Assembly (NCBI GenBank): GCA_963726255.1
Contig: CAVSBL010000002.1
Location: forward strand, 2,272,001 to 2,336,000
DNA length: 64,000 bases
DNA from: Candidatus Bathyarchaeota archaeon
GTDB lineage: Archaea > Thermoproteota > Bathyarchaeia > 40CM-2-53-6
Reading direction: 5' to 3'
The notes beneath the pieces are model-generated. The model saw only the letters and a list, made by a program, of their open reading frames with translations, searched no databases and was not told where the DNA came from. How positions within the stretch are numbered: the stretch's first letter is position 1; each line of letters begins with the position of its first letter. This document shows, piece after piece, positions 10,170-19,136 of the stretch. The position numbers were made by a program, and so were the translations under genes.

Positions 10170-11858
10170 TTGAAAACCAAAGCACCTAACGCTCTTGTTA
10201 GAATTCTGAAGGCAGAAGGTGTAGAGTGGGTAGCCACCTTTCCCGATACTGGTATCAACAATGCGTGTGGGGAGGAAGGGATTTCCAACCTTATGACCAG
10301 AACAGAGCGGTTTGCAGTAGCGATATCAGACGGCTTCTCGCGGGTCTGTGACGGTAAGCGCTTCGGCGTTTGTACTGTGCAAGGCGGGTTGAATGCCGCT
10401 GGCATGCAATATGCCTACGGCGCTCTCGCTCAGGCTTACGAGGACTCTACGCCTATCCTATGCATCACTGATGGAATACAAACATCAGTCAGTGAGACAA
10501 AAAGGTTCAACCTAACGGAGGCATTCAGAGGTGTTACAAAATGGAGTGGATACATAAACATCCCGCACCGTGTCCCAGAGTTCATGACTCGCGCCTACAC
10601 CTATCTAAAATCAGGGAGGCCAGGGCCTGTCCTCCTTCAGCTCCCGGTCGATCTGGGAGAATACGACGAGTCCGAATATCCCTACACGCCGGTGAAGGGC
10701 TGGAGACAACAAGGCGATCCCACGGACGTGAGGGTCGCCATACGCGCACTCCTAGCAGCGAAGAAGCCTCTGATATACGCGGGGCAAGGGGTCTTCTACG
10801 CGGACGCATGCAACGAACTGCTCGAATTTGCGGAACTCGTCCAAGTGCCAGTGATGACAACATTGAAGGGGAAGAGTGCTTTCCCAGAGAACCACCCCTT
10901 GTCAATCGGCATGAAGGGAATCCCGGTTGAGAAATTCCTTTACAGTGCTGACCTAGTTTTCGTGGTTGGCGGTAGTCTGTCGCCAGGGAGGCGATATGGA
11001 GGGTTCGCACATCAAATACCCAGCACGAAACGTAGCGATCTAATTCCGGCACACGCAGGAAAGGTCATCGTGCAGTGCACGATTGACGAGATGGATATCA
11101 ATAGATACTACCAGGTGGATCATGCAATTCTTGGCGACGCAAAATTAGTTCTAGCTCAGCTCATCGCTGAAGTGAAAGAGAGGGGGCCCGCTAAGCCCAG
11201 AGAGGACATACTGGAGGAGATACTTACCGCGAAGAAAGAGCATTTGGCGAAGTTTACCCCGCTGATGACATCAAACGAGAAACCTATCAACCCCTTCAGG
11301 GTCTACGGGGAGTTGATGAACACCGTTGACAGAAGAAATTCTTTCGTAACCCATGACTCTGGCTATACTAGAGAGCAACTTGCGACGGTTTACGAGGCCC
11401 TCATACCTCACGGCTTCATGGGATGGGGGTGCGTATCAACCCTCGGTTTCGGCTTAGGTGCTGCGACGGGTGCCAAGCTCGCTTTCCCAAAGCGAGAAGT
11501 GGTGCACGTCGCCGGCGACGCTGCTGTCGGCTACCAGCTCGGAGAATATGAGGCTCTTGTACGAAACAAGATTGGGATAACGACCATCCACATAAACAAC
11601 TCCACTTTCAGCGGAAGTGGCCCCGGGTTCTGGGGGCCTGGTGCCGCTCCATATACGGCAAATGTCACCTCATCATCGGAGATGAACATGGCGAAGGCGG
11701 TGGAGGCCATTGGAGAGCACGCTGAGAGGGTCGAAGATCCTGATGAGGTCGCCCCGGCTCTAAAACGAGCTTTGAATGAGAACAAGTCGGGGAGACCAGC
11801 ATACATCGAGGTTATCTGTAGTGCGTACCCAATTGCTGGCCGTTGGCTCGTCGAATAG
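10170..11858 (+). CDS. Thiamine diphosphate-dependent enzyme (acetolactate synthase / carboligase family)
   Basis: TRTE catalytic Glu region, GRPGPV, TLGFGLG, GDAA...NN ThDP-binding motif. Confidence 0.88.
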   Translation: MKTKAPNALVRILKAEGVEWVATFPDTGINNACGEEGISNLMTRTERFAVAISDGFSRVCDGKRFGVCTVQGGLNAAGMQYAYGALAQAYEDSTPILCITDGIQTSVSETKRFNLTEAFRGVTKWSGYINIPHRVPEFMTRAYTYLKSGRPGPVLLQLPVDLGEYDESEYPYTPVKGWRQQGDPTDVRVAIRALLAAKKPLIYAGQGVFYADACNELLEFAELVQVPVMTTLKGKSAFPENHPLSIGMKGIPVEKFLYSADLVFVVGGSLSPGRRYGGFAHQIPSTKRSDLIPAHAGKVIVQCTIDEMDINRYYQVDHAILGDAKLVLAQLIAEVKERGPAKPREDILEEILTAKKEHLAKFTPLMTSNEKPINPFRVYGELMNTVDRRNSFVTHDSGYTREQLATVYEALIPHGFMGWGCVSTLGFGLGAATGAKLAFPKREVVHVAGDAAVGYQLGEYEALVRNKIGITTIHINNSTFSGSGPGFWGPGAAPYTANVTSSSEMNMAKAVEAIGEHAERVEDPDEVAPALKRALNENKSGRPAYIEVICSAYPIAGRWLVE

Positions 11859-11916
11859 AGTGAGGCAGCAATCCAGAAAGCTTGTCGATATGCCCATTCA
11901 TCTTGAAGCGTACGCT

Positions 11917-12900
11917 TTAGATGTCCACTCTGGTTCCCTTGTTCTGTTCTATGGCCTTGTTGTATACGATGAGCGCGGTCGATATGTCTTGAATGGCCAG
12001 CCCTACAGATTTGAAGAGCGTGATCTCCTGATCTGATGTCCGACCTTTCTTCCTGCCTAGCACTACGTCTCCCAGCTCACTCCAGATGTGTTCGAAAGAA
12101 ATGGCTCTTTCAGCTATGGGAATGATTAGATCGCCAGCCTCTCTCAGAGCCACTTGCAGGGAGTCGACGATCACTTTCGCTCTTCTAACAGCTGTCGTGT
12201 CGATCTCGCGTGTATCAGGAGTATGAGAACCTATTCCGTTGACATGCATTCCGAGCTCTAACCATTCTCCGTTGAACAATGGGACCCGCGAAGTTGACGC
12301 GCAGATAACAATGTCGGCGCCGCGAAGCGTATCTCTCGGAGACGTGCCTTGTTCAACATCGATCTTGAGCCTCTTTGACATGCGTTCGCAATACTGAATT
12401 ACCCGCTGGGTTACTGTATCGAAGACTTTAGCTGCCTTAATTCTTCGTACTTCAGCCATCGCTTCGAGCTGAGTCTCCGCTTGGACGCCGGCACCGAACA
12501 CAGCAACGGTTGAAGAATTGGTTCGTGCAAGGTACTTGGTCGCGACTCCGCTTGCTGCGCCGGTTCGCATGGCTGTGAGAAACGCTCCATCCATTACAGC
12601 CAGGCATTCTCCTGTCTCGGGGTCCAGAAGTTGTACCATCGCGAGAATTGTGGGAAGGTTCTTTCTCGAAGGGTTCTCAGCATACACGGTCACGGTCTTC
12701 TGCCCTAGAGCGTTCATATCGCCCGCGATATACGCTGGCATAGTCAACATGATCCCCTTGTTCTGTTCGATTGAAATGGACGACCTAATAGGCATCTCAA
12801 TGTTGCCTAACGCGAACTGCTTGAACGCCTCTTCAACAGCCCGTATAGCGTCTTTCATCGTTAATAACGATTGGACATCTTGGCGGGATAGCAACAACAT
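11917..12900 (-). CDS. Ornithine cyclodeaminase / mu-crystallin family (archaeal alanine dehydrogenase-like)
   Basis: MPAY, LTAMRTGAASG, GAGVQA, FKSVGLAIQD. Confidence 0.9.
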   Translation of the reverse strand: MLLLSRQDVQSLLTMKDAIRAVEEAFKQFALGNIEMPIRSSISIEQNKGIMLTMPAYIAGDMNALGQKTVTVYAENPSRKNLPTILAMVQLLDPETGECLAVMDGAFLTAMRTGAASGVATKYLARTNSSTVAVFGAGVQAETQLEAMAEVRRIKAAKVFDTVTQRVIQYCERMSKRLKIDVEQGTSPRDTLRGADIVICASTSRVPLFNGEWLELGMHVNGIGSHTPDTREIDTTAVRRAKVIVDSLQVALREAGDLIIPIAERAISFEHIWSELGDVVLGRKKGRTSDQEITLFKSVGLAIQDISTALIVYNKAIEQNKGTRVDI

Positions 12901-13189
12901 GCCACTTCTCACCTATTACTCACAGTCATTCCCGAATGCGAAAGCTGTAAACTGCCTACTAAACCCGCTCTATCGAAATCTGAACACGAAAAACATATGC
13001 AGGTTGATTGATAATTTGGTGCTCTTTGAGGGCAAAATCCATGTGATGGTTCATACGGGGAAAATTCGAGCGTGGTTTCGCCGATTAGGTGAGCTCCTAG
13101 TTCAGCATCGGTCACGATGGCAATTATGGATTCTACGTTTTTCCTGTCGACGGCAAGCATTTTCCGGATACTTTCTTGACAAGCGTTCT

Positions 13190-13514
13190 TGCACCCTCAT
13201 CAAGCACCACGAAAGACGAGTGATTCACTCCATGAGTCCCCGAAGGTTCCGGACGAGCGCCTTGGATCGAGATTCCGGTACATTTCGATACGCTTGATCC
13301 TGCCGTCGCGTCCAAGGAGGATACGGAAGCAACTGTGGGCGTATTCGATGGGATTATCGAGATCTTCGAACGAGAATTGCAGGAACTATCCAGAAGATTC
13401 CTTGTTGTTAAGAAAATGTATGGTCGCGATTACTCGGACGAGGAGCTGATGCTCGACAGACGCAAACTTCAAGGAAGAGTTGGTCCATACAGGCTCGACC
13501 GTTCCTGCTTCTGA
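13190..13514 (+). pseudogene. C-terminal remnant of a KaiC/RAD55-like (RecA-fold) protein
   Basis: 13284-13514 reads FDTLDPAVASKEDTEATVGVFDGIIEIFERELQELSRRFLVVKKMYGRDYSDEELMLDR, aligning by eye with the C-terminus of 40121-41305; the upstream LIKHHERR piece is in another frame; no intact start. Confidence 0.65.
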
Positions 13515-13740
13515 CCTTTCCAACGTTGGCCGTTCAGAACTATTCAGAAAGATGCGTATTCTAGCTCAAACTATCAACAGTATCTCTGTAAGGGATGCTG
13601 ACTTGTTCAACCCGATATTACCCAATAACAAGTGAATAGTTTAGAGTGGGTTACACACTAACGCAGGCTGTGAAGTAATTGACCGACGAGAGAAACTCGC
13701 GAGAAGGCAAACGGGGTTCGCATAGTGAAGCACAAGAGCT

Positions 13741-13771
13741 GCGGGGGGTTCGAATCCCATCCCCCGCACCA
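13741..13771 (+). mobile_element. tRNA 3'-half (T-arm, acceptor strand, CCA); probable att site
   Basis: GGGGGTTCGAATCCCATCCCCCGCACCA; no D-arm or anticodon arm upstream. Confidence 0.7.
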
Positions 13772-13952
13772 TTTCGAAGCTCCCAGAACTCTTCCTTCTG
13801 CCATAGCGGCGAAAATCGCTGACCATGCGTATTGGATGAAATGTGAAGGCTATCGAGACTCAACAATAAGGACCTCAGTCAAGGCTATTGGTCGGCGTTG
13901 TAATCTCCTAGACGCTGAGGCATTCAAGGACTATATGAGCGGAGTATGGTGA
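13772..13952 (+). pseudogene. Tyrosine recombinase/integrase N-terminal remnant
   Basis: Frame runs through the tRNA fragment into AKIADHAYWMKCEGYRDSTIRTSVKAIGRRCNLLDAEAFKDYM, resembling integrase core-binding domains (GY..STI); truncated, no catalytic domain. Confidence 0.55.
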
Positions 13953-14007
13953 AAATCGTAGAGACCACCATGTGGTTAGAGTCCACACAGTCACATGGGG
14001 TATTTTC

Positions 14008-14169
14008 TCAATTACCCAATTTGCCGACTGCCCTACGTTTTGTTCTTAACGCCGAAGGATTATGCAACAGCTTGTTCATCTGGGCATTCTTACGCTCTCC
14101 ACAATAAACGCACATCATTACCCCGAGCGGCATCGCATGATGGAATTCATGGTCATGTTCGTGATGCAT
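14008..14169 (-). CDS. His-rich CxxC micro-protein (53 aa), putative metal-binding
   Basis: MHHEHDHEFHHAMPLGVMMCVYCGERK...; TTAAAT box about 40 nt upstream; below track cutoff. Confidence 0.45.
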   Translation of the reverse strand: MHHEHDHEFHHAMPLGVMMCVYCGERKNAQMNKLLHNPSALRTKRRAVGKLGN

Positions 14170-14335
14170 GGCAGTTTCACTGCGGCAACCAAGAGTCCAG
14201 TGTCATTTAAGCGGGCGGCACTTCTGGTGTGCACCACGGATGAGTATCTGCGATTGGCGCAGCACAACGACTCTTGGTGCGGGCAACAGAATTTGAACCA
14301 AGAAATGAGGCTAACCTTTGGCTTAACTCAGTGGC

Positions 14336-14367
14336 TTATATGTACCGGTAAATTGGGGTCGAGATCC
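14336..14367 (+). repeat. Direct repeat copy 1 flanking pheA
   Basis: TTATATGTACCGGTAAAT (18 bp exact) followed by tggggtcgagatcc. Confidence 0.75.
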
Positions 14368-14409
14368 TGCTCCATCCATGGTCCTCGAAATATGATTCCC
14401 GCAACAGGT

Positions 14410-15237
14410 CTACATAGCTTGGGGGTACGAACCCAAAATCTTGAGGAATGTTGTTGATCTTCTTAGAACCTCTAAGGCTTCAGCACATTTTGGATCTGTG
14501 CGGTGTCCCTCAAAGTCAACAAAGAAATGATACTCCCATGGCTTGCCTTTGATGGGTCTAGACTCGATTCTCGTGAGGTTGATCTTCCGTGTTGCAAGTT
14601 CACTGAGAGCTTTGTGCAGAGACCCGGGCGTATGTTTTGTTCCGAATACTACTGATGTCTTGTCGTTCCCTTTTGGAGACGCGTCGTTAAGACCGATTAC
14701 GAAGAATCTTGTGAAGTTCTCGGGCGAATCTTCAATGTTTCTCTTTAGAACCGTCAAGCCGTAAAGATCAGCAGCCCGTTCGCTCGCTATCGCAGCGCTA
14801 TTACGCAATCGCCTTTCCTTGATTATCTTCGCGCTGCCTGCCGTGTCGTATGTCGGTTGCGTTTCGACCTGCAATTTCTCCATGAAAGTCGCGCATTGGG
14901 CGAGTGCTTGCGGATGTGAGTATACGACCCTAAGATCCTTTGTTTGGGTTCCTGGGAACGCTAACAAGCAATGGCTTACCCTGATTTTGACCTCTCCAGT
15001 TATCTTCAGCGATGATTCCAACAGCAGGTCATATGTTTGATTTACACTTCCTTCAAGAGAATTTTCAGCAGGAACCACGCCATAATTGGCCACTCGACTC
15101 TCGACCGAATGGAAAACCTGTTTGAGCGTGGTACAGGGTTTCGTCACCGCGGTGGACCCAAAGTGCGTTAGGACTGCCTGCTCACTGTACGCTCCATGTT
15201 CGCCTTGAAAGGCGACGATGCGACCTGAACGTTTCAA
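14410..15237 (-). CDS. pheA: Prephenate dehydratase
   Basis: AFQGEHGAYSE, ENSLEGSV, SHPQALAQC, NFTRF, ACT domain with IESRP. Confidence 0.96.
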   Translation of the reverse strand: MKRSGRIVAFQGEHGAYSEQAVLTHFGSTAVTKPCTTLKQVFHSVESRVANYGVVPAENSLEGSVNQTYDLLLESSLKITGEVKIRVSHCLLAFPGTQTKDLRVVYSHPQALAQCATFMEKLQVETQPTYDTAGSAKIIKERRLRNSAAIASERAADLYGLTVLKRNIEDSPENFTRFFVIGLNDASPKGNDKTSVVFGTKHTPGSLHKALSELATRKINLTRIESRPIKGKPWEYHFFVDFEGHRTDPKCAEALEVLRRSTTFLKILGSYPQAM

Positions 15238-15375
15238 GAGTTACCTATTCCTTGATATTCATAGGCAAAACAACATCATTTAGAATTGCGTAGACCTCCC
15301 CATTGCGAACGATTTTCAGAATTTGGCTATCTGACTTAACCAAGAAACGGGTTGCTGTAGCTCGGCTCTAGCAGG

Positions 15376-15422
15376 TTATATGTACCGGTAAATAGGGGCC
15401 AAAATCCCCTCCCCAGCACCAT
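15376..15422 (+). repeat. Direct repeat copy 2 plus degenerate tRNA 3'-end
   Basis: TTATATGTACCGGTAAAT followed by AGGGGCCAAAATCCCCTCCCCAGCACCA. Confidence 0.7.
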
Positions 15423-15655
15423 CGAGACACTAATCTCACCCGACATCAACTGCTCACCGTGCCCCACCGAGATCAAGGGCTATTGCTAGTGGGATGCTGC
15501 TTCTAATCCGAGTATTCTCGTGACTTCAGTTTCTGGGATTTGCAGTTGAGAGGATAATAGTTCTGTTGAAATCGCTAGGTTGTGATTTCTTATTTTAAGT
15601 AATGCTTAATGCCAAATGCGATAACCCTAAAGCACAATCAACTGAACGTGATCCT

Positions 15656-16564
15656 ATGCAATCAACAGGCAACAGCAGTCACTTTCTCAGCAACTTAACG
15701 GATTACTTCAATATGACTAAGCCTGCCATTGCATCACTGAACGTGTTCGTCGGCTTGGCAACGATGCTCCTAGCAGTAGGGTTTCACGTCGTTACTTCCA
15801 CTTCAATGATGGTGCTTGGCTTGGCTGGTTTCCTCTCAGCTGGTGGCGCAGGAGCACTCAACTGCTTCTTAGAGAGACGACTTGATTCTCAAATGAATCG
15901 AACTCGGCATCGACCCCTGCCGTCAGGTCGAGCGTCTCCAAATGCTTCCTTCTCTTTCGGTCTCTTGCTTTCGATTAGCGGCGTGGCGTTGGCCGCATTC
16001 TTCTTGAACATATTGACGGCCACTTTCATAGGGGTGGGCGTACTATGGTACGTCTTTGTTTACACCCTGTGGCTGAAGCCTCGGACGAAATGGAATATTG
16101 TCATTGGTGGAGCGGCCGGCTCGTTCTCTGCGCTCGCAGGATGGGCTGCCGTGACGGGGTCCATCAGCCTAGTTGCGCTTCTAGTTGCGTTTCTTATTTT
16201 CCTTTGGACGCCGGGTCATTTCTGGGGCCTAGCGATTGCTAAAACGGAAGAATACGCCAAAGTTCAAGTGCCAATGCTGCCAGTGGTTGATGGTGCGAAA
16301 ACAAGCGCCGTCTATACTGCCCTTTCAAACATGGCTCTCTTCCCATTCACTCTCGGCCTTTTCGCTCTGACCGCTTACAAAGGAAACATTTTGGCAGTAA
16401 TAGTGCTCGGGGCGGTTTTGGTCGCCTACAACGCGAAGTTTCTGGCGGCCAACCTTAAAATGATAAAGCAACCGACGCCAATGAGCGCATGGCGCGTGTT
16501 CAAGATGTCGATAATCTACTTGTTCGTAGTTCTCTTCCTCGTCGTGGCAGCTCACATCATATAA
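15656..16564 (+). CDS. cyoE: Protoheme IX farnesyltransferase (heme o synthase)
   Basis: TKP, DSQMNRTRHRPLPSG, YTLWLKPRT, NIVIGGAAG, LWTPGHFW, VPMLPV. Confidence 0.94.
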   Translation: MQSTGNSSHFLSNLTDYFNMTKPAIASLNVFVGLATMLLAVGFHVVTSTSMMVLGLAGFLSAGGAGALNCFLERRLDSQMNRTRHRPLPSGRASPNASFSFGLLLSISGVALAAFFLNILTATFIGVGVLWYVFVYTLWLKPRTKWNIVIGGAAGSFSALAGWAAVTGSISLVALLVAFLIFLWTPGHFWGLAIAKTEEYAKVQVPMLPVVDGAKTSAVYTALSNMALFPFTLGLFALTAYKGNILAVIVLGAVLVAYNAKFLAANLKMIKQPTPMSAWRVFKMSIIYLFVVLFLVVAAHII

Positions 16565-16665
16565 TCCTTGGATGACTTTGTGCTAGCTCTCTTAGATCAT
16601 TGAGATAGCATAAAGCCTGTTTAGCGCTACGGGGCCTTCGATTACCACTTGAGTTCAAACGGCTG

Positions 16666-17151
16666 CTATTCGGTAACGATGAGCTGCCCATTCAACATGT
16701 AAGGGTGAACGGGGCAGAATATGTTGCAGTACATCGTGAAAATACCTGCCTTGTCGGCCACGAAGGAAATGCGGAATGTTTCATGTGGCATCAGCGCCAC
16801 ACCTCCGTCCAAGTAATGTTCGATTGCGAACCCGTGCGGCGAATAATCATCATTGTTGCACACCATAATATTTACCCTGTCGCCCCTATGGACTCTGACG
16901 ACGGGCCACGGCTCGTTGGGTGATTTTTGTATGTGTGTGACGCTGTCATTGAACCCCTCTAAATCTGCGATGATGAGAAAGTAGCCTGGAGGTCTCACAC
17001 AGGCCGTCGCCGTTTGAGTTACTGGGGGCGGATTTGCAGGCGTGCTCAATGAGGGCCAATAAACACTCACGACGGAACCTACCACTACCGCGGCTAGGAT
17101 GCCGACGACGAGAAATTTGTTCAGCAGGATTCGGCCTCTCGACGCCTTCAT
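16666..17151 (-). CDS. Membrane-anchored cupredoxin (CuA-like motif)
   Basis: N-terminal TM helix; HGF...CNIFCPVHPYM copper ligand set. Confidence 0.8.
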   Translation of the reverse strand: MKASRGRILLNKFLVVGILAAVVVGSVVSVYWPSLSTPANPPPVTQTATACVRPPGYFLIIADLEGFNDSVTHIQKSPNEPWPVVRVHRGDRVNIMVCNNDDYSPHGFAIEHYLDGGVALMPHETFRISFVADKAGIFTMYCNIFCPVHPYMLNGQLIVTE

Positions 17152-17189
17152 CGTTTACACTATATTTCCTTATTGAATGACGAAGCGGA

Positions 17190-18071
17190 CTACTGTGGTA
17201 GTCTCGGTGTTCTTCTCTGTTCGCGTTCGCAGTGGCCAAGCACGGCCTGCCCGAGCATTCTAGTGCTCAGGTACATCCCACCTATCAGAACTAGGATTGT
17301 GCCGACTACGAAATACAGTTGCGTGCTAGGTAGGATGACAAGGGCGGACGACCCTAGGCCTACGACGAGGGCGGAGAAGAAGAGGCCGGCGCACGTGGGG
17401 CATGCGGTGAATAATCCTGTGAAGGCGCCCAACCCCAGCAGCCCAGAGGCACCGCGGGGCCTGTTATGGTACTCACAGACGATTAAGGTTGCATTCAACC
17501 CCACCAGTGCGGACACCGCGGCAAGGATTAGGATGTTCGCTGGGATTACGAGCAGCCCAAGCTGGTTTGTCAGGAACACCGTTAGGACAGGTGTGAACGC
17601 TGTGCTGCCGCAGCATACCGCGATGACCGCGGATGGTGCTTGAATGAGATATTCCTGTGCAAAGTTTTCCATGGGGCGGTAGACAACGGTTCCAGAAACA
17701 ACCGCGAAGAATAGGCCATAGAGGAGGGTCGCCGCGACCATGATGCGTTTGTACCTTTCCTCGCTCAGGACTTTCGCGACGGCGAGCAATGTTGCTAGGC
17801 CAGAAACGCTTCCCGACCGAAGTTCGTTGAGAAATCGGTGAATGCCGAGGATCACAACGAGAATGCCACTTAGCGTGGAGGTGAGTACCAAGTAGGCTAG
17901 TGGTTCGAGCCGGGACAAACTCGAGTTGGAAAAGGTCGGAATTGAGTTCACGTACACTGAGTATGTTTGAAGCGGCAAGGCGATAAGCAATAACCCCAAG
18001 ATGGCCTCGCCTAAGCCAGGCCAATTAAGCCATAATGATCTTGCGGAATGAGACACGTGGTCTCCCTTCAC
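17190..18071 (-). CDS. Multi-TM membrane protein with CCG and CPTC motifs
   Basis: About 6-7 TM segments; AVCCG and FTACPTCAG. Confidence 0.75.
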   Translation of the reverse strand: MKGDHVSHSARSLWLNWPGLGEAILGLLLIALPLQTYSVYVNSIPTFSNSSLSRLEPLAYLVLTSTLSGILVVILGIHRFLNELRSGSVSGLATLLAVAKVLSEERYKRIMVAATLLYGLFFAVVSGTVVYRPMENFAQEYLIQAPSAVIAVCCGSTAFTPVLTVFLTNQLGLLVIPANILILAAVSALVGLNATLIVCEYHNRPRGASGLLGLGAFTGLFTACPTCAGLFFSALVVGLGSSALVILPSTQLYFVVGTILVLIGGMYLSTRMLGQAVLGHCEREQRRTPRLPQ

Positions 18072-18388
18072 TTCTTCATCTTACATGCTGGGGAGACGGA
18101 GTAGTGTATGTTGCGTGCTTCTTCTAATGCCTTCACATCAAACCCTTTGTCAGTCCTATAGATTACCGCATGGCATTTTCCACACTCGATCGCATCGGGT
18201 TCCTCAATCGGTGCCTGTTTTCCTGGGTTAGCCAGAAGAAGACCTCTGGGAGCAATTTGTTTCATTGGGCCTGAAAGCTCAGTCGAATCCTTCTTTGGAG
18301 CAGGTTTCCAGACTGAGCTCCCGCACCTCGGGCATTTCTGCCGATTCGTCTTCGCCGACCATCCGCATGACCCGCACAACCATTTCAT
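18068..18388 (-). CDS. Small zinc-finger protein
   Basis: CGSC, CPRC, CGKC, H...C; stop overlaps the next start. Confidence 0.6.
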   Translation of the reverse strand: MKWLCGSCGWSAKTNRQKCPRCGSSVWKPAPKKDSTELSGPMKQIAPRGLLLANPGKQAPIEEPDAIECGKCHAVIYRTDKGFDVKALEEARNIHYSVSPACKMKK

Positions 18389-18732
18389 CTGGAAATTACC
18401 GCCTGTCTTGGTGCGAATCTATCGTTGCGTGTTGCATTAATCAAAAGGCGGAGCCCAGGACACACGAGAGAATTGATCGTTTGATGTGGGGATTTCACGT
18501 TTGCATTAACGTTGGGCAATATCCCCGACCCCAATTCAATTCCCGATGTCTTGTATCACAGGGCCACATTCCTTGTAGGTGGAAGATAAACGGCTCGTTA
18601 TGCGTGCCGCACCCGTCGAATTTCCACTAGGTGGAAAGGGCGTTGAGAAAGTGGAGTGGTGGTACCCACAGTTAAGCAGCGGGGGCTCGCATTAACCTCT
18701 CACGTGAAAAATGGGAAAGGAGGTGTCGATGT

Positions 18733-18834
18733 ATGCGGCAAAGAGTTTGGATGCCCAGCTACGTCTACTCCTACAACCCATGGTACGGATACTACCCGTC
18801 CCTAACCTGGCAGGAATACGAAGTAGACTACTAA
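18733..18834 (+). CDS. Tyr/Trp-rich micro-peptide (33 aa)
   Basis: AAGGAGGTG SD, then ATG; MRQRVWMPSYVYSYNPWYGYYPSLTWQEYEVDY; T-rich tract downstream. Confidence 0.6.
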   Translation: MRQRVWMPSYVYSYNPWYGYYPSLTWQEYEVDY

Positions 18835-18876
18835 GCTGCAATCCGTTGGCAAAATCCCCTTTCCGATTTTTTCTTC

Positions 18877-18999
18877 CTATATTATCACTGAAGAACTATG
18901 AGTCGGCCCGAAGGTGGTGACAATCGCAATGGCGTATAGCACGATGCCAACAATCGCGTACGCAAATGCTGTGTAGTCTATCCTGACCAGGTCGGCCAC
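18877..18999 (-). CDS. Single-TM micro-protein (40 aa)
   Basis: VADLVRIDYTAFAYAIVGIVLYAIAIVTTFGPTHSSSVII; one hydrophobic helix. Confidence 0.35.
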   Translation of the reverse strand: MADLVRIDYTAFAYAIVGIVLYAIAIVTTFGPTHSSSVII

Positions 19000-19136
19000 C
19001 TATTGAACTCGAACAATTTCTCAGATTAATGTGATTATCGAATGGCCCATTGTTTTCCCATGTGAAGCGCAACCAGCATAGTTCTTTATTGGTCGGAATC
19101 TCACAGCGGCGCCGAACTAGTTCCCGGGTAAGCGGA

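Noticed and set aside
12518-13297. 259-aa plus-strand ORF
   Set aside because: Its first half is antisense to the OCD gene and it has no recognisable domain, apart from a short piece of the pseudogene.
13680-13771. Complete tRNA gene
   Set aside because: No 5' acceptor strand, D-arm or anticodon arm upstream, and the T-stem is mismatched.
14062-14457. 131-aa plus-strand ORF
   Set aside because: No motifs; it overlaps the pheA end, the repeat and a more plausible minus-strand micro-ORF.
14336-15393. CRISPR array
   Set aside because: Only two repeat copies 1 kb apart and no cas genes; no regularly spaced repeats anywhere in the window.
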